Below are positions 1-12,800 of a DNA stretch of 40,961 nucleotides, one piece after another; the first letter of the stretch is position 1; the number at the start of each line of letters is the position of its first letter. Source of the stretch: Macrostomum lignano (taxonomy: Eukaryota); NCBI GenBank assembly GCA_002269645.1, contig NIVC01004599.1, forward strand, positions 1-40,961, in the 5' to 3' direction. A program made the position numbers and the translations under genes. Under the pieces are notes generated by a model, which saw nothing but the letters and a program-made list of their open reading frames with translations, was not told where the DNA came from and did no database searches.

Positions 1-772
1 ACACGCGTCTGGGATAGCCAGCACGCTGTAGAGCTGGCAGAGCTGCATCCATTGTGCGCAGTAGGCGAGACTTGTCGGCATGGATGCAGCCGTGTGCCGC
101 CTGTCAGCTGGGGCGGCGGTCTCCAGCCAGGCCAGGTGATGCGTCAGTGCGGCGGTGACCAAGGAGGATACAAAGAAATTATGCTTGGCCGAGTTAATGC
201 TAGCCATAGCTGGCCTGAGACACGAGCTGCAAAGATTCGATTGAGACTAGGCTGACGGCGAACGCTAAAGCCAGGCTGGGTTATGCAGCAGCGGACAGTG
301 GAACAGTTGGCTGATCTTCTGCTGTACAGAGCGCAACGCTTTGAGCACCGTCTCCAGGGGATCGATTCTGGTCACCTGGCGGTTTTTGGGAAGTTTTATT
401 CACACATACCAATGTACACACAGGCTAGATTATATACCCCGTTAAAATCCACAGGGAGAAAAAAATGGCACAAACCTGCGGATCCATAGACAGCGTCTGC
501 ACAACATCGTCGCACAGTCCCACAATCAGAGCATCAAAGAAGGCATTGTGCGTAAAAAAACTTATAGAATCGCTCGTCTGAACTGGGCCGGCCAAGCGAA
601 TTAATAATCAAGCAGATGCCGATTTTATCGCCCCGACAAGGCGCCGGAGTAGACGCGGCGCTAGACGATGAAGTGCGGTCGCGGCGGCGGCAGCTACTGA
701 CGATAGCGGGCACTGATAAGCCAGATTAGTTATGGCCGCTTTAGCTTCTCTGGGCGAGGCTGACACTAGCAG

Positions 773-809
<37 letters not shown>

Positions 810-1079
810 GGCGGCGAAGAAGCCACATCAGCGCTAGTCGGCGATGTCGGCGAAATTGCGCGACCCGTCAGGCGTCGAGTCCGGATAGCTAGACGGACTA
901 CCGCGCCGCCGATCATCATTTAGCGGCGCGTGAGTTTCCATAGCAACAGCTCGAGACTGGCCAGAGACTCCGTTTGATCTATTACTAATAGTACTAGCGG
1001 TAGCGAACGGCGATGTGGATAGATAGGGCATGGACGAGCGGACACTGCTGTTCGCCTGCTGCTGCTGAAAACGGAGAAT

Positions 1080-1110
<31 letters not shown>

Positions 1111-1546
1111 ATGCCGAGCGGTCTGGGCGTTGTCGATGAAGGATCGATAAAGTGCGCCAGAGACACGGGCCTGGGCAGCTGGCCAACGTGTGCGAGAGCG
1201 GAGAATTGGCAGCTTGATGCGGCTGCTGGTCAAAGCTAGAGGCGACGCGCTACTCGAAGCCGAGGTGGTGGTCGTGACGGAGCCGCAGTTGGAGCTGGTC
1301 GGGTAGAACAGGCGTGTCAGGTAAATCTTCAACGGGTTGTCGCTGGCGTGCACCTTGGTGCAGGCGGCTTTATGGCTAAGTTCCACGTTGCCGAATACCT
1401 GCATGGGCATTGGGATGGGGTGCGTGAGGTAAGCAGCGGGATCGACAGAAGAACAGACAGATACAGACACGGACAGGCAGATAAAAACAGGCATCGACAG
1501 AAAAGACACGGACAGGCAGATAAAAACAGGCATCGACAGAAAGACT

Positions 1547-1593
<47 letters not shown>

Positions 1594-1644
1594 GGACACC
1601 CGCAGACAGACAGGCAGATAAAAACAGGCATCGACAGAAAGACT

Positions 1645-1675
<31 letters not shown>

Positions 1676-2159
1676 GGACACCCGCAGACAGACAGGCAGA
1701 CAGACAGACAGAAAGAAACAAGACACCAACAGACGGACAGATAGACAGAGACAGACAGACAGACACAGACGGACAGACAGACACAGACAGACAGACAGAA
1801 AGACGGACACCCGCAGACAGACAGACAGACAGACGGACAGACAGACAGACAGGCAGACACAGACAGGCAGACAGACAGGCAGACAGACAGACAGGCAGAC
1901 AGACAGACAGATAAAAACAGGCATCGACAGAAAAGACACGGACAGGCAGATAAAAACAGGCATCGACAGAAAGACTGACTGACAGACAGACAGACAGACA
2001 GACGGACACCCGCAGACAGACAGGCAGACAGACAGACAGAAAGAAACAAGACACCAACAGACGGACAGATAGACAGAGACAGACAGACAGACACAGACGG
2101 ACAGACAGACAGACAGAAAGACGGACACCCGCAGACAGGCAGACAGACAGACAGACAGG

Positions 2160-2193
<34 letters not shown>

Positions 2194-2896
2194 GGCAGAC
2201 AGACAGGCAGACAGACAGACAGACAGGCAGACAGACATACAGAAACGCAGGCGCAAGTGGGCAGCCTACCAGCTCTCTCAGCAGCGATATATCGCTAGCC
2301 TGCTTGCTCTGCCGATAATTCGGCGTCCAAGGTGGCAAAGTGCGTCTTCTTGGAGGTTGTTGCTGCTGCTGCTGCTGCTGTTGCTGCTGCTGACGCTGCA
2401 ACTTCTGTCTTGACTGGTGCCCAGACGCTGTCCAATCAATTCTAGCAGGAATTGTTGCCGATCTTGATATCTGAGTCTTCTGCTGTTGCTGTTGTTGCTG
2501 CCGCTGCTGCTGGCTGCTTGCCGCCTGACCCTGACCCCCCTGGTCCGGAACGATTCTTTCCAAGGTTTTAGAGTCGAAGAACACGTGCCGCCTGAGTCGG
2601 TGACTGTCAACGAATACCACTAGACGAATGTGCGACTGGACAGACTCGCAAAGGCTTTTCAATTCCGCGTCGTCAATGGGAGCAGGCGAAGCTTGCAATG
2701 CGTCGGCAGAGTCGGTGGACTCCGATTGCCAAGTGTCGAGAAATTCCCGACAGACCGCATCGAATCTGCTATTGATAACAGGATTTCCTGGCGCGCTGCT
2801 ACTAAAAGAAGAACCACCGCTGGCGCCGCCTCCGCCCGAGTCAAATTCGTTCGATTTCGATTTGCCAAACACAGCCGAACGTAGACTGCGCAACAT
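1..2896 (-). CDS. FNIP1: Folliculin-interacting protein (FNIP1/2 family), 5' part; exons 2896-2270, 1398-476 and 375-<1 (runs off the window edge); exons 2-3 contain several frame disruptions
   Basis: The spliced junction LLREL|VFGNVELSHKAACTKVH matches FNIP [33 protein letters not shown]...FYKFF matches KIAIGVIFSL...FNEFF. NFFVSSLVTAALTHHLAWL and AQWMQLCQLYS match the FNIP middle domain (NQFLPALITAVLTNHLAWV, PLWAQLGDLYG). Canonical GT-AG sites at 2269, 1399, 475 and 376. Confidence 0.88.
774..809 (-). repeat. (CAG)n trinucleotide tract in FNIP exon 2 (poly-Gln in the most plausible frame)
   Basis: About 12 CTG units on the + strand. Further interrupted CAG tracts lie in exon 1 at about 2358-2392 and 2478-2512. 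Confidence 0.85.
1079..1108 (-). repeat. (GGC)n tract in FNIP exon 2 (poly-Gly in the most plausible frame)
   Basis: About 10 GCC units on the + strand. Confidence 0.85.
1446..2240. repeat. Compound (GACA)n microsatellite filling FNIP intron 1, with an internal higher-order duplication (offset about 330 bp)
   Basis: GACA/GGCA runs. The blocks GAAAGAAACAAGACACCAAC (1711, 2039) and ATAAAAACAGGCATCGACAG recur. Confidence 0.95.
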
Positions 2897-3862
2897 ATCG
2901 GTAGTTATTTAAATCTGATTTTTCGGGCGTTAAAAATCGATATACTATTTTTAGTGGTTAAAGCAAGATTGTTTATAAAACACAATAGCGGCTTCACTTT
3001 ACTGCTGGCATTGCTGCCGTTGCTGTCTGTTGCCGCTTTTAATGCAGCATAAAATGCGGGAACGAATATTTTTTGCTGTTTTTACACGAAAATTACATAC
3101 TACTTATAGTAGAACAGTAAATAATTGAAAACAAAAGAAAAATGATGAGAAAAATGGATCACACAGACTTATAAAACGATTGTATCGAGTCTTCATTTAC
3201 TGTTTTGACAGAATTGAGACAACAGTTGTAGCTGACAGATTAACCGGTTGATCAATTGTTTCTTACATGAGTAAGAAAGATCCATAAACTGTTACTAAAC
3301 ATGCAATAATAACAGAAGCTAAAAATGATACAAAAAAACTAAAAAAAAGCTAAAATCAAGTCGAACAGACTTACTGCTAGTAAACAATGTAATTTGTCAG
3401 AAAGAATAAACTTCTCTGCAAACCGGGCCAAAATGTCACAATGTCACTAGCCTATTAAATCAGCTTGTTACGAGCCAATACGCAAATGGCCATTCTCCAT
3501 ATTCGGGTCACAGGTCGTTAACTGTGATTTTCTCTAAATAGTTAGTTAGGTAATGAATCAGGGAATTAATTGATGTGCCAGCGGCCCAGGCTCGATTCCA
3601 ATCTTTGGGGCTCGGCCGGCTTGGGTTTGCTTGTGAAATTAACGGCCTTGAAGGGCCAACCAACCCCCCCCCCCAAGGCACAGTGAAGTGTGAATGCCTA
3701 ACGATAAATAAAGTTAGGAAAGCTGCACACTCCTCAGTGAGTGTGTGCCTGTGCGTATGACAGCTCAGGGGAGCAGGCAGGATGGGCAGCAATGTCGCTT
3801 AAAGTGCACCAAGGGTGCACACACAACCTCCTGTCAATAACTAATTAGGTAGAGACCCAGAC

Positions 3863-6800
3863 TCAAGCCTCCATAATATCGTCAGTGTCAGCATCGGGAC
3901 TGGGACAGAGCAATTCTGTCAGCTGGTCAACAGTCAGACTGCAGGATTGCGAGGCCGCATTAGCAATGGTGGAGCTGTCATTAGAGGTCCGCACAGCCGA
4001 CCAGAGCGCCTCCTCGATAGTGTTGGACACGAGAAACCGGTGCACACAGGTTGGTTTAGTCTGACCAATGCGGTCAATCCGACCAATAGCTTGCAACTCT
4101 TGAGCAGGATTTAGCTGCGGCTCAGCCAATAGCACGTGATTAGCTTCAATCAGATTCAATCCATTAGCACCGTAGTTGATTGACAGCAGCAGGACAGTCA
4201 GTCTGGCTTCGGATTTGAATTTCTCAATGCCAGAATCGCGAGTCCTGCTATCCATAACGAATGCGTGCGGTATGCCGTTGATAATTAGAGCAGAGCGGAG
4301 CAGTTCGAGCATGGCTGGGAAAGAGGAGAACACGAGCACTTTTGCGCCTGGCTCGCTAGCTTCGATGCTTTTCAAACAGCGAACAATGCCGGACACTTTG
4401 GTGGAATAATCGCCGTAGCAGTCGAATTGGGACAGGCTGTCCGAGTGGCTGTCCGATGTTGATGAAGACTGGTGATGCTGACTTGACAAATTCGGTCTTG
4501 AAAATACGGTTTTGATGTCGGACTGGAGACTGGTCTGAAATATAATTATGGGCAGTTCAAGATTGATTATTATATCTGATTTATGCGAGTTCCTAACAAT
4601 AAAAACTCAGATCGGTGAACTAACCGCTCCCAAATCTGCTTAACTATATTTGTGCTGATCTAAGTAGCTAGCGACTTGCATAGCAAATACCTAGTACCCA
4701 GTTACACCAAACCCTTTAGAAGCTACGATCGTGTTTAATTGCCGATATGTTGTGACAGAGAGATAATCCAAAGACCAGAGATTAGAAATCCAGATCATAC
4801 TTCTTAGCAATGTAGATTAACAATCCATCCTACTTCTGCCCAATGTACACACAGGCTAGATTAGCAATCCATCCTACTTCTGCCCAATGTACACACAGGC
4901 TAGATTAGCAATCCATCCTACTTCTGCCCAATGTACACACAGGCTAGATTAGCAATCCATCCTACTTCTGCCCAATGTACACACAGGCTAGATTAGCAAT
5001 CCATCCTACTTCTTCCCAATGTAAACACAGGCTAGATTAGCAATCCATCCTACTTCTGCCCAATGTACACACAGGCTAGATTAGCAATCCATCCTACTTC
5101 TTCCCAATGTAAACACAGGCTAGATTAGCAATCCATCCTACTTCTGCCCAATGTACACACAGGCTAGATTAGCAATCCATCCTACTTCTTCCCAATGTAC
5201 ACACAGGCTAGATTAGCAATCCATCCTACTTCTTCCCAATGTACACACAGGCTAGATTAGCAATCCATCCTACTTCTTCCCAATGTACACACAGGCTAGA
5301 TTAGCAATCCATACTACTTCTTCCCAATGTACACACAGGCTAGATTAGCAATCCATCCTACTTCTTCCCAATGTACACACAGGCTAGATTAGCAATCCAT
5401 CCTACTTCTTCCCAATGTACATACAGGCTAGATTAGCAATCCATACTACTTCTTCCCAATGTACACACAGGCTAGATTAGCAATCCATCCTACTTCTTCC
5501 CAATGTACACACAGGCTAGATTAGCAATCCATCCTACTTCTTCCCAATGTACACACAAGCTAGATTAGCAATCCATCCTACTTCTTCCCAATGTACACAC
5601 AGGCTAGATTAGCAATCCATCCTACTTCTTCCCAATGTACACACAGGCTAGATTAGCAATCCATCCTACTTCTTCCCAATGTACACACAGGCTAGATTAG
5701 CAATCCATCCTACTTCTTCCCAATGTACACACAGGCTAGATTAGCAATCTATCAAACTATGATAACTCAAGTTGCATCTAAAGCCATCTTAACCAGCCAT
5801 GACTCACCTGCCGACACACGGGGCACACTAAGCGGCTACATTTGAGCAGTCGGCGCAGACAGTTTAAGCAGAGCTGGTGAGCGCACCCGAGCACGTGCCA
5901 TCTTGAGGGCAGAGATCGCCGACACACGGGACAGTCCTCCTGCTCCGGTCCCCGATCTGCCGCAGCGCTAGCAGCTGATTCAGCAGCAGCCTTGGCTGTT
6001 CGATCAGCTTTGACGTTGATCAGATATTTCAATCGGCCGAGCTCTCGAGCTCGAGTGGCTGAGCAGATCGCTTTGTCGGCCAAGTAGCGCTGCTTTTTCT
6101 CGTCAAATTCTAGGCGACTATGGACAAAATTCTTGGTCATCGCGTCAGTCTGCAAGATGGAGAGAATTGGTGATGAAATGAGGGAACTTGCCTCATTACA
6201 GAATTAGCGATTTTAGCAAAATTTGAAATGTTTGCGACAAACTGGAGGAAATCCATAAGAATACGGAGGGAATCTATAGTAAACCGAAGGGTTGTATCAG
6301 AAACTGAAGGTAAACTATGAGAAACCAGAGAGAATCTTTGAGAAACCAGAGGGAATCTCTGAAAAACCGGGAGGGGATCTTTGAGAAACTGGAGGAAAAA
6401 AATGAGAAACCGGAGGTAATAAATGAGATACCGGAGGTAATAAATGAGAAACCGGAGGTAATAAATGAGAGACTGGAGGTAATAAGTGAGAAACCGGAGG
6501 AAATAAATGAGAAACCAGAGGTCATCTGTGAGAAACCGAAGAAAATAAATGAGAAACCGAAGGGAATCTTTGAGAAAGGGGGTAATCTATGAGAAACCTC
6601 CAGTAATTTATGAAACCGGAGGGAATTTATGAGAAAGCGGAGGGAATTTATGAGAAAGCGGAGGGAATTTATGAGAAAGGGGGTAATCTATGAGAAACCA
6701 GAGGTAATTTGAGAAACCGGAGGAAATAAATGAGAAACCGGAGTAAATAAATGAGAAACCAGAGGTAATTTGAGAAACCGGAGTAAATAAATGAGAAACC

Positions 6801-9800
6801 GGAGTAAATAAATGAGAAACCAGAGGTAATTTGAGAAACCGGAGGTAATAAATGAGATACCGGAGGTAATAAATGAGAAACCGGAGGGAATAAATGAGAA
6901 ACCGGAGGGAATAAATGAGAAACCGGAGGAAATAAATGAGAAACCGGAGGGAATAAATGAGAAACCGGAGGGAATACATGAGAAAAAACTTAGAAACATT
7001 AAATTACAAGAATATGAGATCATGAAGGAAATGAAATCGATTTTTTTCTGAAATCGATCACGTAGATATCTAGATACCGATAAACCATTTTTAGTATATA
7101 CTCGTAGATTACATACTACAAAAGCAGGTAACGCAGCAGACGCAATTACAGCCCTATTTACCTGTTCTCCAGGCTGCAACAGTCGCAACCTGGTCAGTGC
7201 CTGGTCAATCTCATCCTTGACAGACTGCAACTGGCCCAATTCAATCCACAGATCGTGCAACAGATTGTACTCGCGCCGCATTAATTTTAGCGAATTTAAT
7301 TGACTAGTTAAGTCGGCAATAGCGGCGGGATCGTTCTGGACGAAACGCACTAGCCGGCTAAGCAAGCTGTCAATCAGAGGCGGAAGGCGTTTGTCTTCTA
7401 CGAAACCGGCTGGCAGGAATACGGCCTGCGGGTTGAAGGAGCATCATTTTATTGGAGTGTTTAGGGTGATTCTTTGGGGTGTTTAGGGTGATTCATTGGG
7501 GTGTTTAGGGTGATTTATTGGGGTGTTTAGGGTGATTCATTGGGGTGTTAAGGGTAATTTATTAGAGTGTTTAGGGTGATTTATTGGGGTGTTTAGGGTG
7601 ATTCATTGGGGTGTTTAGGGTGATTTATTGGGGTGTTTAGGGTGATTCATTGGGGTGTTAAGGGTAATTTATTAGAGTGTTTAGGGTGATTCATTGGGGT
7701 ATTTAGGGTGATTCATTGGGGTGTTTAGTGTGATTCCTTGGGGTTTTTATGGGTGATTCATTCGGGTGTTTATGGGTGATTCATTCGGGTGTTTATGGGT
7801 GATTCATTCGGGTGTTAATGGGTGATTAATTGGGGTGTTTCGGGTGATTTATTAGTGTTTAGGGTGATTCATTGGGGTGTTTAGGGTGATTAATTGGGGT
7901 GTTTCGGGTGATTTATTAGAGTGTTTAGGGTAATTCATTGGAGTGTTTAGGGCGATTCATTGGGGTGTTTAGGGCGATTAATTGGGGTGTTTATGGTGAT
8001 TCATTGGGGTGTTCAGGGTGATTTATTAGTGTTTAGGGTGATTCATTGGGGTGTTTAGGGTGATTCATTAGAGTGTTTAGGGTGATTCTTCGCGGTGTTT
8101 AGGGTGATTCATTGGAGTGTTTAGGGTGATTCAATGGGGTGTTTAGTGTGATTCCTTGGGGTTTTATGGGTGATTAATTGGGGTGTTTAGGGGATGATTC
8201 ATTAGAATTTAGGGTGATTTTAGAAAGCGTTTAAGGGTGATTTGTAAGGTTCTCTAGGTTGGTTATCTGAGATGTGTAAAAACAACTCTTGGGATGTTTT
8301 GGGACGATTCAATGGAGCTGGAGGGCGTTTCGATTCGTGCAATTTACACCCTCGAGGGGCAGCCCCTAAGGTACACAGAGAGTGTGCATGCCCGAAGATT
8401 AGAAAGTCACAGGGCCGCTAAATACGCACACCCTGTACACAGGGCGATTCTGTGTACAGTATTGACGCGCTTTTGTGCTCAGGAGTCAGCGGAATGAGCA
8501 GAATCGTCTCAGCTCTGGTGCTGTGGGGCGTTGTAACTTTAATTATTATCATGAAAAACAGTATAAAATTCGTCCTTACCTTCTTATACTCATTAAAGAG
8601 CTGTTCGCAGCTACACCAGCGACAAGAGTCCAGACCCTCGGCGCGGCGCAGACAGTGCATGACGTACTCGCGAAACTGCTGTTCAGTCCAATTACCCTCT
8701 ATCTCAGCCATAGCGGCTGTTAATTTAGCCCTAGTTGACTTCAATCGATCCAATTCGCTGTGCAAAGCCATGCCAACCCCAGCCGGGGTGGAACAGGCTC
8801 TCAGCTGACCAGCTAATCGGGAATTATCGTAGCACAACAGATCGGTCAGGCTGTCAGCCAGTGCGCTAGTAGAATTAGGCCAGTGCCGATGCAACAGGTC
8901 TACAAGCCAGTCCTCGTTCAAGGCTAAGCGAGATTCTTCGGCCGCGATATTCTCGCTAACAAGGTTTGCTTTGGAGCGGGCTTGGGCCACTACTGACTGC
9001 TGGTTAGCTACCATGCGATCGCGTAGGACCGTCTCTCTGAGGTGCGAGAGCGACGGGTAGCATTGTAAGTTAGCACTTATGTTTATTATTCTATCGAAAC
9101 ACATTTATAAAGACCATGTGGCAGTTCTAAATTCCAATCTTACATATATTTTATTTATCAGCATTATTATACTCGTAACCTCAGCTGGACTCATGCCATC
9201 TTATCTCACCTTTGAGATGAAGACTTAGAATTTCACCTTTGAGATGGCAGATCTACTCATAGAATCTAACCCCTGAGATCAGAGATCTAAAGTCGCACCC
9301 CTCAGATAACAGGTCGAGAATCTCACCCACTAGATTTAACAGGTTACAATCTCACCCCTAAGTTAAGAAGTGTAAAATCTCACACCTAAGACAACAGGTT
9401 AGAATCTCACCCCTTAGATAACAGGTTAGAATCTCACTCCTAAGTTAACAGGTTAGAATCTCACCCCTTAGATAACAGGTTAGAATCTCACTCCTAAGTT
9501 AACAGGTTAGAATCTCACCCCTAAGTTAACAGGTTAGAATCTCACCCCTAAGTTAACAGGTTAGAATCTCACCCCTAAGTTAACAGGTTAGAATCTCACC
9601 CCTAAGTTAACAGGTTAGAATCTCACTCCTAAGTTAACAGGTTAGAATCTCACTCCTAAGTTAACAGGTTAGAATCTCACTCCTAAGTTAAGAAGTGTAG
9701 AATCTCACCCCTAAGTTAACAGGTTAGAATCTCACCCCTAAGTTAACAGGTTAGAATCTCACTCCTAAGTTAACAGGTTAGAATCTCACTCCTAAGTTAA

Positions 9801-12800
9801 CAGGTTAGAATCTCACTCCTAAGTTAACAGGTTAGAATCTCACTCCTAAGTTAACAGGTTAGAATCTCACTCCTAAGTTAACAGGTTAGAATCTCACTCC
9901 TAAGTTAAGAAGTGTAGAATCTCACCCCTAAGTTAACAGGTTAGAATCTCACCCCTAAGTTAACAGGTTAGAATCTCACCCCTAAGTTAACAGGTTAGAA
10001 TCTCACCCCTAAGTTAACAGGTTAGAATCTCACCCCTAAGTTAACAGGTTAGAATCTCACCCCTAAGTTAACAGGTTAGAATCTCACCCCTAAGTTAACA
10101 GGTTAGAATCTCACCCCTAAGTTAAGAAGTGTAAAATCTCACACCTAAGACAACAGGTTAGAATCTCACCCCTTAGATAACAGGTCCCTCCTGAGATTTG
10201 AAGTTACCGTATAAATATCAGCTATTAAGATTAAAACAATGAGCATTAAACATAACTATGCAATACCTTTCAGGCAAGCTATCATCGCCAACAGCCCTTG
10301 GCAACTGTTTAGCCTTATCCAATTCTAGCACCTCGTGCAACCAATGAATGGCGTGCAGCTCCTGAGCAGAATCTGTCTTAACAAACTCGCAATGATAGGC
10401 GATTGAGTCCAGGGCTTCCCTATACAGTTGGGCTGCTGTGGCTGGGCAGTTGTCAACGTTAAATGCTATGGCTGCCAAGCCATTCACCGCCATTAGCCAT
10501 CGGCGATGCTCTTCTTTCAGCGATATGCGAGTCTTCTGGATCAGGCTGTCAAGCACCTGTCAGATGGTTTATATGGGGAATATATTTAGCGATTACTCTT
10601 CAGGAAAGTTTAGAGTGATTCTATAGGATAATTCAGCGGAGATTCTCTAGGATACTTAAAGGGCGATTCTTAAGGATGATTCAGGGGCGATTCTTAAGGA
10701 TGATTCAGGGGCGATTCTTAAGGATGATTCAGGGGCGATTCTTAAGGATGATTCAGGGGCGATTGTTAAGGATGATCCAGGGGCGATTCTTAAAGATGAT
10801 TCAGGGGCGATTCTTAAGGATGATTCAGGGGCGATTGTTAAGGATGATCCAGGGGCGATTCTTAAAGATGATCCAGGGGCGATTCTCTAGGATACTAAAG
10901 GGCGATTCTTAAGGATGATTCAGGCGCGATTCTCTAGGATACTAAAGGGCGATTCTTAAGGATGATTCAGGGGTGATTGTTAAGGATGATCCAGGGGCGA
11001 TTCTCTAGGATACTTAAGGGGCGATTCTTAGGGATTATTCAGGAGCGATTCTTAGGGATGATTTAGGAGCGAGTGTTAAGGATTATTCAGGAGCGAGTGT
11101 TAAGGATGATTCAGGAGCGAGTGTTAAGGATGATTCAGGAGCGAGTGTTAAGGATGATTCAGGAGCGAGTGTTAAGGATTATTCAGGGGCGATTGTCAAG
11201 GATGATTCAGGAGGGAGTGTTAAGGATGATTCAGGGGCGAGTGTTAAGGATGATTCAGGAGCGAGTGTTAATGATGATTCACGAGCGATTGTTAAGGATG
11301 ATTCAGGGGCGATTCTTAAGGATGATTCAGGAGCGATTGTTAAGGATGATTCAGGGGCGATTCTTAAGGATGATTCAGGGGTGATTCTTAAGGATGATTC
11401 AGGAGCGATTGTTAAGGATGATTCAGGGGCGATTCTTAAGGATGATTCAGGAGCGATTGTTAAGGATGATTCAGGGGCGATTCTTAAGGATGATTCAGGA
11501 GCGATTGTTAAGGATGATTCAGGGGCGATTCTTAAGGATGATTCAGGAGCGATTGTTAAGGATGATTCAGGGGCGATTCTTAAGGATGATTCAGGGGTGA
11601 TTCTTAAGGATGATTCAGGGGTGATTCTTAAGGATGATTCAGGGGCGATTCTCTAGGATACTTAAGGGGCGATTCTTGGGGATGATTCGGTAAAAATGAA
11701 CTAAATCAGTAATAAGTCGGTAATAAGATTTAATCCATATAAACTTAAAACTACCTCGTCCATAGTCATGTACTCGCCGACTCCCACATAGGCACTAGGC
11801 GGAAAGTTCATCTGGCCGCCTGCGGCAGTTCCGCCAGTAGCGGCAGCGGCGGCGGCAGCAGCAACAGCAGCAGTAGCGGTCCATTGGTGGTGCACTCGCA
11901 CCGATCGCATCAATGCAGGGAAATCGCAAGCCTGTCGCATACAGCTTAGTGGACCTAGCAACTGTTTTAGTAGGGCTCGATTGATTTCATCTAAGCGCAG
12001 TGAGCGGGGCAGTGCCAGTCTGGAATTGAAGAATTACAGTAGATATCATTGAGAGTGAATGATTAAATGTCTAATGGTACCCACGTGTCACTGTGTAGGT
12101 CTTGAAAGAGGTAAAACCACGAAGGAGTGAAAATGAGGTGAGGAGAGGGGCAGAAGAGGCGGATAGGGGCAGAAGAGGCAGATAGGGCGGAAGAGGCGGA
12201 GAGGGCGGAAGAGTTGGGGGCGGAAGAAGCGAAGGAGCGGAAGAGGCGGAAGGGACGGGGGGGCGGAAGAGGCGGAGAGGGGCGGAAGAAGTGGAAGGGG
12301 CGGAAGGAGCGGAAGAAGCGGAAGGGGCGGATGGAAGGAAGAACGCAGGGGAGGAAGAAGCGGAGGGGGCGGAAGAGGCGAAGAGGGCGGAAGAGTTAGG
12401 GGCGGAAGAAGCGAAGGGGCGGAAGAGGCGGAGGGGGCGGAGGAGGCGGAAGAGGCAGAGAGGGGCGGAAGAAGCGGAAGGAGCGAAAGAAGCGGAAGGG
12501 GCGGATGGAAGGAAGAACGCAGGGGAGGAAGAAGCGGATGGGGCAGAAGAGGCGGAGAGGGGCGGAAGAGGCGGATGGGGTGGAAGGCGGAGGGGCGGAA
12601 TAGGCGGAGAGGAAGAACGGAGGGAGCGGAAGGCCGAGGGGAGGAAGAGATTCACAGCCCATCGAACACACTTGAATACAATAACAAATTCAAAACTCAA
12701 TCTACCTATCAAGCGTTCTCCGCCAGGCGCTTCTCTCGCTCTCCATTCTTAGCCGATAATAGAGCGACTCGATACCGCTAAAGCTGAGCCGATAGACCCG

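Noticed and set aside
181-300. Genome-wide reassignment of TAG to a sense codon (in-frame TAGs in FNIP; all complete genes here end in TAA or TGA)
   Set aside because: No in-frame TAG occurs in about 1538 SHPRH codons or in the PAF1 body, FDX1 or RSPH3; a reassigned codon should appear there.
934-947. Perfect RFX X-box GTTTCCATAGCAAC
   Set aside because: It lies in FNIP coding sequence (VAMET codons), 29 kb from the ciliary gene RSPH3; I found no equally good X-box near RSPH3. Probably coincidental.
994-2256. Long 'CLSV' ORFs, and similar ORFs at 10676-11656, 12071-12752, 32375-33091 and 34511-35842
   Set aside because: These are translations of tandem repeats lacking stop codons; only the parts overlapping real exons are coding.
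4815-5749. CRISPR-like appearance of the 44-, 34- and 61-bp arrays
   Set aside because: Units are directly adjacent with no unique spacers, there are no cas genes, and the context is eukaryotic.
7452-8222. Interstitial telomeric repeat (contains TTAGGG)
   Set aside because: Only one TTAGGG per 22-bp unit, with no tandem hexamers; the TTTAGTG tract at 36390-36752 is likewise not telomeric.
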